Below, piece by piece: positions 1 through 6,568 of a stretch of DNA of 10,031 bases. The stretch comes from Octopus sinensis. Taxonomy: Eukaryota. The DNA is taken from the NCBI RefSeq assembly GCF_006345805.1, contig NW_021827695.1, positions 1 to 10,031 of the forward strand, given 5' to 3'. The notes under the pieces were generated by a model. The model was not told the DNA's origin, made no database searches, and saw nothing but the letters and a program-made list of their open reading frames with translations. Each line of letters opens with the position of its first letter. Positions within the stretch are counted from its first letter, which is position 1. The position numbers and the translations under genes were made by a program.

Positions 1-301
1 GCCACATGTATCACTGCCGAAGGGAGGGCTGTTATAAGCTAACCCTGAAATCGGTCCGATATGGTATAATGGAATATTTTAGAAATTTCTGTCGACCTTT
101 TTCGAGTAGCGGTGCAGATTGTGAAAAAATTAATGGTTAATGGACATATGTCCAATTTTTCGGCATATTTGGCATTAGAAATTTTTTCGTTTGCCCTTAT
201 TAGGAATTGTTTATAAATTTACCTTTAAAGATTTTTTTAATATGCTGGCCATTGATAAAATTTTTTGGAAATGAATTTTTTCGAAAAAAATTTTATCCTA
301 C

Positions 302-303
<2 letters not shown>

Positions 304-377
<74 letters not shown>

Positions 378-389
378 ATATATATATAT
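304..389. repeat. (TA)n microsatellite, one TT interruption
   Basis: Directly visible; source of the YI-repeat ORFs 207..431 and 366..614. Confidence 0.98.
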
Positions 390-473
390 TGGCTGATGAG
401 TACGGGTCACTTGTATTTGCTGCAATATTAGCAGCTTTAATAAAGCTTTCTTCGTATGAAACAATTGTACTGA
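389..473 (+). ncRNA. Type-I hammerhead ribozyme motif with a long (48-nt) loop II
   Basis: CTGATGA 393-399; stem II GTACG 400-404 / CGTAT 453-457 (G.U closing); GAAAC 458-462; palindromic loop AATT 463-466; GTA triplet 467-469 (predicted cut after 469); weak stem I TTGG 389-392 / CTGA 470-473 with two wobbles. Confidence 0.75.
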
Positions 474-503
474 AAAACTAATCCATTCTTGTTGCTTTTT
501 TCT

Positions 504-508
<5 letters not shown>
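389..508 (+). mobile_element. Short Penelope-like pLTR fragment (element E1) embedded between two (TA)n tracts
   Basis: Contains a hammerhead core and ends in ATTCTTGTTGCTT (485-497), a motif shared with the 9503-9670 element; (TA)n on both sides. The PLE assignment is inferred from the known association of minimal hammerheads with PLE pLTRs. Confidence 0.65.

Positions 509-509
<1 letters not shown>

Positions 510-535
<26 letters not shown>
510..535. repeat. (TA)n microsatellite between the 3' ends of E1 (+) and E2 (-)
   Basis: Directly visible. Confidence 0.97.
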
Positions 536-810
536 ATACATTTCTAAATCTCTCAGAGAGATTTATGTTACGATAAAGTAGTTGCATGCTGTCAGCTTCA
601 TATGACAGTCCCATGAAGGGAATAATACGACTGCTATTTAGCCCTAGGAAGCAGCAACGCTTCCTGTCGGCCTTGACACATTTCCTGTGTCTTTATGTTT
701 ACAAGGGGGAGATAAGCACTTCCACCCAGCTAAGCTAGAGACTAGTTTCTGAGTCTTTGCTCGTCGTCAGTCTGGAGTAGCATCGCCTTATTTCCTTATT
801 ATAGGCACAA
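536..810 (-). mobile_element. Penelope-like pLTR fragment (element E2); 5' boundary uncertain
   Basis: Minus strand reads hammerhead (775-735), hairpin GACACA-GGAAA-TGTGTC (691-675), hairpin AGGAAGC-GTTGCT-GCTTCCT (665-646), then AGGGCTAAA, ending at the (TA)n. The same double-hairpin module occurs in 3701-3948. Confidence 0.55.
735..775 (-). ncRNA. Minimal type-I hammerhead ribozyme motif
   Basis: Minus strand: CCAGA-CTGACGA-CGAG-CAAAGA-CTCA-GAAA-CTAG-TC-TCTAG. Core intact; stem II GAG/CTC with a C.A mismatch at the closing pair; palindromic loop CTAG; stem I AGA/TCT plus one further pair; predicted cut between 740 and 739. Confidence 0.7.
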
Positions 811-1210
811 TGGCCTGATTATATACAGTGGAGAATACAAAATACATGCGGGGACACAAAACGAATGAAAAAATGAAAATTAAATGAATATAAACAGGAT
901 GTAAATGAGACAGCCACCTCGCCCCTGCTACAAGACGAACCATGATTATCTCTACATAGAACTTACTTTCTTGAACTTACAAAAAACTTTACAAAAAACA
1001 TTGATTTTTACATCTATCCTAGCTTCGCTACAATGCGAAACTGTCCTCTTCTTTCATTTTTTGTTCTACAGTTCGTATATGTCCTTTTACGAATTACAAT
1101 TTTTCTTTTTTCCACAATGTAATTGTCTGTTCATCAATTTTTCTATTACAATTTATAATGTATGTATGCATATATGTACACATAAGCAGTATATCTACAT
1201 TAAGATACTA

Positions 1211-1702
1211 TTCCAAACCATTACTGCTTCCATTACTAATAAAGAAATCTTACGCAGTCTGCTGTCTATTTGCAACACCAGTGACTTGCTAATCAGTGTT
1301 TTCCAATATCGGTGGAAGCTAATTGTCTAAGCATATGGTTCATAGTTGGTACTTGCTACTGATGACACACAAAAGACAAAAGATCCAGATTTAGCAATTC
1401 TGCTATTGCTTATGGCATCTTTGATTCTCTTACTGTACACATGTTTTATTTTTTTTTGGGGGGGGGGGGGGGTCCGTAACCAACGTCATAGGAAATACTT
1501 TCCTAAGATGAATACTGCAGGTTTTATGGTTATCATAAAACATACAAAATGCTGTTCTGAACCAATGCTGCTTCCATTTCTAAATAAAGAAATTTTACCG
1601 GGTCTGCTATCAACTTGCCAGACCAGTGACCTGCAAGACCACTTCTGAGCTTTTTAGCACCAAGCGTTTATATAAGATACTTTCTGAAGATGAATACTGC
1701 AG
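1211..1702. repeat. Degenerate interleaved duplications (B-A-B-A)
   Basis: B: 1211-1289 vs 1555-1634, about 80% identical by eye (16 differences in 80). A: 1495-1520 vs 1677-1702, 24/26 identical. Confidence 0.8.
1449..1472. repeat. T9-G15 homopolymer run
   Basis: Directly visible. Confidence 0.95.
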
Positions 1703-1731
1703 TTAGGTGCCTTTCGTTACATATATATTGT

Positions 1732-1739
1732 TGTGTGTG

Positions 1740-1825
<86 letters not shown>

Positions 1826-1873
1826 CATACATACATACATACATACATACATACATACTACATACATACATAC
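1732..1873. repeat. Compound microsatellite (GT)n-(TA)n-(TACA)n
   Basis: Directly visible; explains the ORFs between 1668 and 1987. Confidence 0.98.
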
Positions 1874-2165
1874 ACGTATACTCTCATATCGCTAGGCACC
1901 CAATACCAGCCATGTAGCATATCTGCCTTTGTTGCCACTATATGTCACGTGCCAAATGACGCCACTAGGCAACCGCAACGTTGTTAGACACGCTGGCACA
2001 AGTACACACACACACACACACCAATAGGTCACTTCTTTTGGTGGTGTTATCTATACTAGCCTATACTGTTTGTAGGCCAGCCTGTCCACATTCATCATCT
2101 ATGGATTTGAAGGGTTGTTCATGTGATTAAGTCTTGGTCACCACAAAAACTAACCATAATTGGTT

Positions 2166-2240
2166 ATTTGAGAATGAGAATGCATAGAACTTGGAACAAA
2201 TAGCGTAAGGAATTTCGGCCGACAATCCAACGATTCTGCC
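2166..2240 (-). mobile_element. Degenerate tRNA-derived SINE head
   Basis: Minus strand GGCAGAATCGTTGG...CGGCCGAAAT...TATTT...TCAAAT aligns by eye with the head of the SINE at 4757-4830. Confidence 0.5.
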
Positions 2241-2257
2241 ATTTCTACATTGCTGAG

Positions 2258-2586
2258 ACCCCTTCCGGTCAGACACTGACCATGGGCTTGCACCCAGAAA
2301 GTTACCCTCCCAGGCACAAGTCTGGGCAAGGTTGTTTATGGAAGACCAGCAGTCGCCCATGCATACCAGCCTCTCCTATCTGATGTTATCCAAGGGAAAG
2401 GCAAAGGGGCCGATACAACTTGGTACCTGTGACTTCGCAACTCATTTCTACAGCTGAGTGAACTGGAGCAACGTGAAATAAAGTGTTTTGCTCAAGAACA
2501 CAACACGGAGCCCGATCCGGGATTCGAGCTCACAACTTCACGATCGTAAGCTCGACGCTCTAACCACTGAGCCATGCGCCTTCACT
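2258..2586 (-). mobile_element. tRNA-derived CORE-type SINE, apparently full length, with TSD
   Basis: A-box TGGCTCAGTGG (2574-2564) and B-box GAGCTCGAATCCC (2531-2519). Central TGTGTTCTTGAGCAAAACACTT...CAGCTGTAGAAATGAG resembles the MIR/CORE domain. Imperfect 17-bp TSD ATTTCTACATT(GC/AT)TGAG at 2241-2257 and 2587-2603. Confidence 0.85.
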
Positions 2587-2603
2587 ATTTCTACATTATT
2601 GAG

Positions 2604-2690
2604 TGATTAAAGTGTTGCACATGGTTTCGGATCCAGTCCCACTTTGCGGTATCTTGAGCAAGCTGTAGCCACGCACCGACCAATACCCTG
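2604..2690 (+). mobile_element. Degenerate SINE 5' fragment (same family as the head at 8240-8385)
   Basis: CACATGGTTTCGGATCCAGTCCCACT...CTTGAGCAAG resembles the minus-strand CATATGGTTCCGGCTTCCATCTCACTGCGTGACACCTTCGCAAG of the 8011-8385 element. Confidence 0.5.
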
Positions 2691-3239
2691 GTATCCACAC
2701 ACAAATGAAATATGCCCCAATAACGAATTACCTCAGCACACAAGTATAAGAACGCCATACCCAGAACAATAACAAAATAATGCAAAGAAATTGACCGCAC
2801 AACAAATTGTCTAAAAGACAAATCCAAAAGAGACAAACATTCAAAAGATGCCACCTAAGAGTAGTGTTTTTTTGGTTCTTTGTTTCATTCACATGAATTC
2901 ACGAGAATCTCGGTGAACTAAACGAGGCTGTGTTTTCCAAAACGGAGGCGAACACCTTTCTCCATATGTTCGGCTTGAAACTGAAAAATTGTTAAGACAC
3001 TAGGATACTTTCCTACTTTTCTAAATATGAAACCATTAGTAGCCTTATTTCACAAATAAAGATATATATATATACGGGTGTGTGTGATTGTGTATAGAAG
3101 AATATATTAATAAAAGGAATTCCAACCTTGTCTGATTTTCACGTTTTATTTACAATCTTATAATGATATATTATAAGATAATATATTATAATTGAATAAA
3201 ATAAAATAATAGAATAGAATGTTAAATGTTCATTCTGAT

Positions 3240-3283
3240 TGAACTAGTACTTCATGCATTAAATTCTGCAATCTTCAGGTTCA
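3240..3283 (-). ncRNA. Hammerhead copy with a 1-nt deletion in GAAA (probably inactive)
   Basis: Minus strand TGAAC-CTGAAGA-TTGCA-GAATTTAA-TGCAT-GAA-GTAC-TA-GTTCA; identical to 3361-3405 except for one missing A. Confidence 0.75.
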
Positions 3284-3360
3284 TGTAGTAGTGGTGACAG
3301 TCATGTTTCACACTTTTTGACAGTCAAAAATTGTGAAGCATGACTGTCACCACTACTACA

Positions 3361-3405
3361 TGAACCTGAAGATTGCAGAATTTAATGCATGAAAGTACTA
3401 GTTCA
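3361..3405 (+). ncRNA. Minimal type-I hammerhead ribozyme motif, core intact
   Basis: Stem I TGAAC 3361-3365 / GTTCA 3401-3405; CTGAAGA 3366-3372; stem II TGCA/TGCA closed by U.U; GAAA 3391-3394; palindromic loop GTAC; TA; predicted cut 3400/3401. Confidence 0.85.
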
Positions 3406-3542
3406 ATCAGAATGAACATTTAACATTCTACTATTTTATTTTATTTTATTCTATTATAATATATATCTTATAATATATCATTATAAGATTGTAAATAAAA
3501 CGTGAAAATCAGACAAGGTTGGAATTCCTTTTATTAATATAT

Positions 3543-3565
3543 ATATATATAATATATATATATAT

Positions 3566-3618
<53 letters not shown>

Positions 3619-3622
3619 ATAT
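3543..3622. repeat. (TA)n microsatellite with TT interruptions every 21 nt
   Basis: TT at 3565-3566, 3586-3587 and 3607-3608. Confidence 0.95.
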
Positions 3623-3682
3623 ACTTGTTGCATGTCCTCGCGTTGTTGTGTTTTCTCTTTGTGTTTTCATATTTGGATTAAC
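3623..3682 (+). mobile_element. Possible 3' stub of another pLTR-type element between TA tracts
   Basis: Begins CTTGTTGC (as in the E1/E9 3' motif), is T-rich and ends at TATATA. No ribozyme core present. Confidence 0.3.
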
Positions 3683-3700
3683 TATATATATGTATATATA

Positions 3701-3948
3701 TAAAGTAAAATTTAATTGACAGCATAATATGGCTGTCCTGTAACGGACGTTGTTATTGTTTATTAGCCCTATGAAACATCGTTTCTAGCTCGCTATACGA
3801 CACATTATCTGTGTCCTTCCCGGTTCGAAAATATAAGGACACAGATAATATACCGTATATATAGCAGAGAAACGATGTTTCTTGAGGCTAATAAACAGTA
3901 ACAACGTCCCTTCCGGCCATATTATATTGGCAAATAAATTTTACTTTA
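3701..3948. mobile_element. Older fold-back element related to the 3' part of E2
   Basis: Arms 3701-3818 and 3835-3948 are inverted, roughly 80% identical by eye, with a 16-nt spacer. Contains GACACA-GATAA-TGTGTC, GAAAC-GAT-GTTTC and AGGGCTAATA in the same order as E2. Confidence 0.75.
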
Positions 3949-3989
3949 AAGAAATGTTACTGTATGATTCTCTCTGATAGATTCAGAAA

Positions 3990-4180
3990 TAATACTGCCT
4001 TTCTCTCCTTTTTTTCTCTTCTTGTTTCTCTCGTTGTTTTTTTCTGTGTCCCTTTCTGTAGAAGAGCGTAGGCTCGAAACGTAAAATACTTTTTCTATTC
4101 CTGAGCGTTATACTAATACATGTTTGTTTTGTACACTACCTGTCTTCGTCTTTTGTTGTGTTTTTTTCGTAAACTCTCCC
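3990..4180 (+). mobile_element. Penelope-like pLTR fragment (E4) ending at a (TA)n/(TACA)n tract
   Basis: Hammerhead-like motif at 4052-4086 followed by a T-rich 3' end abutting TATATA at 4181; resembles an abundant octopus repeat as recalled (not searched). 5' boundary approximate. Confidence 0.5.
4052..4086 (+). ncRNA. Degenerate hammerhead-like motif
   Basis: TTT-CTGTAGA-A-GAGC-GTAG-GCTC-GAAA-CG-TA-AAA: perfect 4-bp stem II, TTT/AAA stem I and an ACGT palindrome, but A6 is T and there is an extra A after A9. Confidence 0.4.
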
Positions 4181-4250
4181 TATATATATATACATACAGA
4201 CATACAAACACACATACATACATACATACATACATACATACATACATACA

Positions 4251-4280
<30 letters not shown>
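4181..4280. repeat. (TA)n-(TACA)n microsatellite
   Basis: Directly visible. Confidence 0.97.
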
Positions 4281-4281
<1 letters not shown>

Positions 4282-4726
4282 TTGTGTGAAACAAAAATTA
4301 ATACGAAACGCTTTCTCAAGACAAATACTGCGGTTTTGACAGTATATCTTCGTTAAGTAACATTGCCGTACTTGGATTCCATTGATGAAGAAGTTTTCAT
4401 CCTGTTGACCAAAAAAGTCATCAACAACAGATATGACGTCATCATCACTACGATACTGGTTCCTACCCAGGTGGGGTTTTTTTATGTTGGGGAAAAGATG
4501 ATAGTTAGATGGGACCAAATCAGGAGAATAGGGAAGAGGATTAATCAGCTCAAAGCCACAACCATGCCCAGTAGCTATTTAAAGTAGGGACATGTGTGCT
4601 TGGAGCATTTTCCTGATAAAACAGGACCTTATATTATTAGATTTTGGAAGCCTTTGGTCTTGATAGCCTTTCGTAACTGCCTAAGCAACTTGGTATAGTA
4701 CTCTCCATAGTTGGTATAGTACTCAC

Positions 4727-4976
4727 TATACCTGAACCGTTAGCACGCCGTTAACTGGCAGAAACGGTAGCACGCCGGGCGAAATGCGTAACCGTATTTC
4801 GTCTGCCGTTACGTTCTGAGTTCAAATTCCGCCGAGGTCGACTTAGCTTTTCATCCTTTCGGGGTCGATTAAATAAGCACCAGTTACGCACTGGGGTCTA
4901 TGTAATCGACTTAATCTGTTTGTCTGTCCTTGTTTGTCTTCTCTGTGTTTATCCCCTTGTGGGTAGTAAAGAAATA
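4727..4976 (+). mobile_element. tRNA-derived SINE inserted in the mariner, 14-bp TSD
   Basis: A-box TGGCAGAAACGG 4756-4767, B-box GTTCAAATTCC 4820-4830, A-rich end AGTAAAGAAATA; TSD GGTATAGTACTCAC at 4713-4726 and 4977-4990. Confidence 0.92.
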
Positions 4977-5388
4977 GGTATAGTACTCACCAGTTCGTGG
5001 CTCTTTTAAAGAAAGTTAATAAATATAATACCTTTTGCATCTCAAGAAAAAAGTGGGGCTAATACCTTCCCTGGTCTCCTTTGGAGCAGGGAAATAAGGG
5101 TGTTTTCACTTGCATGTATAGTCTTCTTCCCTTGATATGATCAGCCTGATGCGTTTTTGATCGGAAGACGTGACACCCACCAAGCAGAAACCTTCGTCAT
5201 GCCAAGTTCATTGTGTAGAATATTCTCAACTCTCTCACGAGATATGCTAATAATACAGGCTATTTGATTTATAGTCACGCGTCATCACCATGTGGAGAAC
5301 GCGATCAATGTTTTCCTCTGGGGTGGCAGCTGCAGGACCTCCTGATCTTGTGTCAGCTTCAAGACTCTCCCTCCTTCTCCTAAATTCA

Positions 5389-5594
5389 TTGAGGTAAAGA
5401 CCTATACAATTTGAGGCTTGTTCAAGAGATTGTAAAAGAGACTGGGCATTGGAGAGAGAATCACTGATAAGAGCGATGTCGTCAGCAAAGTCAATGTCTG
5501 TTAAGTATTCAGCTGGGTGCCTGGAACTTCTTCTAGGTTTTATTTCAAAGCCCTTACCAGAAATGGAATCAACTGACATACGTAGCACATAGTC
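5389..5594 (-). pseudogene. Reverse transcriptase fragment (inverted segment of the LINE)
   Basis: DYVLRMSVDSISGKGFEIKPRRSSRHPAEYLTDIDFADDIALISDSLSNAQSLLQSLEQASNCIGLYLNE: FADD catalytic motif and downstream GLxLN motif; no stops. Confidence 0.93.
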
Positions 5595-5596
5595 AT

Positions 5597-6040
5597 AGAG
5601 ATTTCAAACTTAAAATCTTCAAAGCCACAGTCGAACCAATTCTACTATATGGCTCAAAAACCTGGACGTTATCAACGAAGCTGGAGAGGCGGTTGGATGG
5701 AACCTACACTCGCCTCCTCATGAGAGCTCAAAATCTCTCGTGGAGGCGTCATCCAACCAAAGTACAAATATATGGGAAATTACCACCTGTATCATCTCTT
5801 TTGAAAGGTAGAAGAGTCCAGTTTGCTGGACATTGTTGTAGAGCTGAAAACGAGGTAATTTCTACTCTTCTCCTCTGGAAGCCATCTGCTCACGATACCA
5901 GAGGGCGCACACTCTTCTACCCTGATGTAATCTCCAGGGATACAGGCATCCAGCAACAGGACCTCCATAATGCTATGACGGACCATGAGGTCTGGTGTAA
6001 CATAGTAAATTCCATTGTCTCGACCGCGGTCGAACAATGA
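5597..6040 (+). pseudogene. C-terminal part of the LINE ORF (post-RT region)
   Basis: RDFKLKIFKATVEPILLYGSKTWTL...RRLDGTYTRLLMRAQNLSW...RRVQFAGHCCR...VW, typical of RTE-clade ORF ends; open to TGA at 6038-6040. Confidence 0.88.
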
Positions 6041-6345
6041 TGATGATGATGATCTAAATTCAGCCCACTTTTGCACAGTTGATAAAGATGGCGGTGTCCA
6101 TTCTCTAATGTAGTAAGCATGTCAGCATGAATGTCCTTGGAGGCTAGACCCATTTTCTGCAGGAAACTGATTACACTATAATGTCCAATTTTGTCTATTT
6201 TCAAGAAAATTCGCTTCTCGTTACATTTGAATCCTTCTTTAGGAAGTCAGATGTCAGTTTACAAGTAATGCAGTTTATCAATAAAAGCAGATGAAGTTAA
6301 TGCATGCAAGATTTCACAGCTCTAGCATCTCTCCTTCATAGTCTT

Positions 6346-6371
6346 CCTATGAACTATTCAGCCGACCCTCG
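6346..6371 (-). repeat. Mariner 5' terminal inverted repeat with flanking TA (6372-6373)
   Basis: CGAGGG...AGTTCATAGG resembles irritans-type (Hsmar2-like) TIR starts; lies about 150 nt upstream of the transposase start. Confidence 0.8.
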
Positions 6372-6511
6372 TAACTTGAGCATAATCTTAGTTTCCGACA
6401 AGTCGAGAGCCCATATCGTGGCGCCTTTGTGTCTATAAATGAGTGTAACGCTTGCCTCTAGGACGCATGCGATAAAGAACAAATACGTTTGTATCTGTAT
6501 GCGCGGCCATA

Positions 6512-6524
6512 TGTGTGTGTATAT

Positions 6525-6568
<44 letters not shown>

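Larger units (their letters stand above)
3102..3542. mobile_element. 441-bp fold-back (inverted pLTR pair) of a Penelope-like element (E3)
   Basis: Arms 3102-3321 and 3323-3542 are reverse complements with about 8 differences in 220 bp and a 1-nt centre (3322). Each arm carries a hammerhead motif; outer ends lie in AT/TA-rich sequence. Confidence 0.85.
5389..6053 (+). mobile_element. 5'-truncated, 5'-inverted RTE-clade non-LTR retrotransposon with (TGA)n tail and 9-bp TSD
   Basis: TSD CTAAATTCA at 5380-5388 and 6054-6062. Antisense RT piece 5389-5594, sense C-terminal piece 5597-6040, tail (TGA)5 6038-6052. Removing the insert restores transposase KWAEFRRRRESLE. Confidence 0.92.
4363..6198 (-). 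pseudogene. Mariner (D,D34D-type) transposase pseudogene in three pieces
   Basis: DKIGHYSVISFLQKMGLASKDIHADML, QKWAEF|RRRRESLEADTRSG (HTH region), ISRERVENILHNELGMTKVSAWWVSRL (WVPR motif), DAKGIIFINFL, QENAP, YSPDLVPSNYHLFPN. Collinear with Himar1-type transposases; many frameshifts and stops; start appears to be ATG>ATA at 6198-6196. Confidence 0.92.
4363..6371 (-). mobile_element. Decayed mariner DNA transposon (irritans-subfamily-like), 3'-truncated, interrupted by a SINE and a LINE
   Basis: 5' TIR TA|CGAGGGTCGGCTGAATAGTTCATAGG at 6373-6346. Transposase remnants in 6063-6198, 4991-5379 and 4363-4712. No second TIR found near 4300-4360. Confidence 0.92.

Noticed and set aside
1-303. Possible DNA-transposon or MITE end with short palindromes (TGGACATATGTCCA 141-154; T6-CG-A6 276-289)
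   Set aside because: No partner TIR or TSD inside the window and no recognisable family; 14-bp palindromes are weak evidence in AT-rich DNA.
1020-1060. TCGC-TACAAT-GCGA overlapping GAAAC-T-GTC (hammerhead 3' half look-alike)
   Set aside because: No CUGANGA upstream, non-palindromic loop, no stem I.
1369-1400. CTGATGA at 1369-1375
   Set aside because: No stem II and no downstream GAAA-N-UH; the heptamer is expected by chance.
3102-3542. Palindrome as a sequencing or assembly fold-back artefact
   Set aside because: The arms differ at about 8 positions including indels and both end at the same element boundary; artefactual fold-backs should be near-identical. Long reads would settle it.
207-4356. 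ORFs rich in YI, VC, HT or MYVC repeats (207..431, 366..614, 1668..1987, 3519..3719, 4113..4356)
   Set aside because: Translations of (TA)n, (GT)n and (TACA)n microsatellites, which lack stops in some frames.
5247-5588. 113-aa ORF fusing an RT FADD motif in frame to the mariner HTH region
   Set aside because: A chance product of the inverted LINE piece joined at the TSD (1 in 3 chance of frame); both domains are partial, and the transposase frameshifts shortly after.
5792-6204. ORFs 5792..6076 and 5917..6204 with poly-Ser or poly-His
   Set aside because: Mariner N-terminus reading into the antisense (TCA)n LINE tail; not genes.
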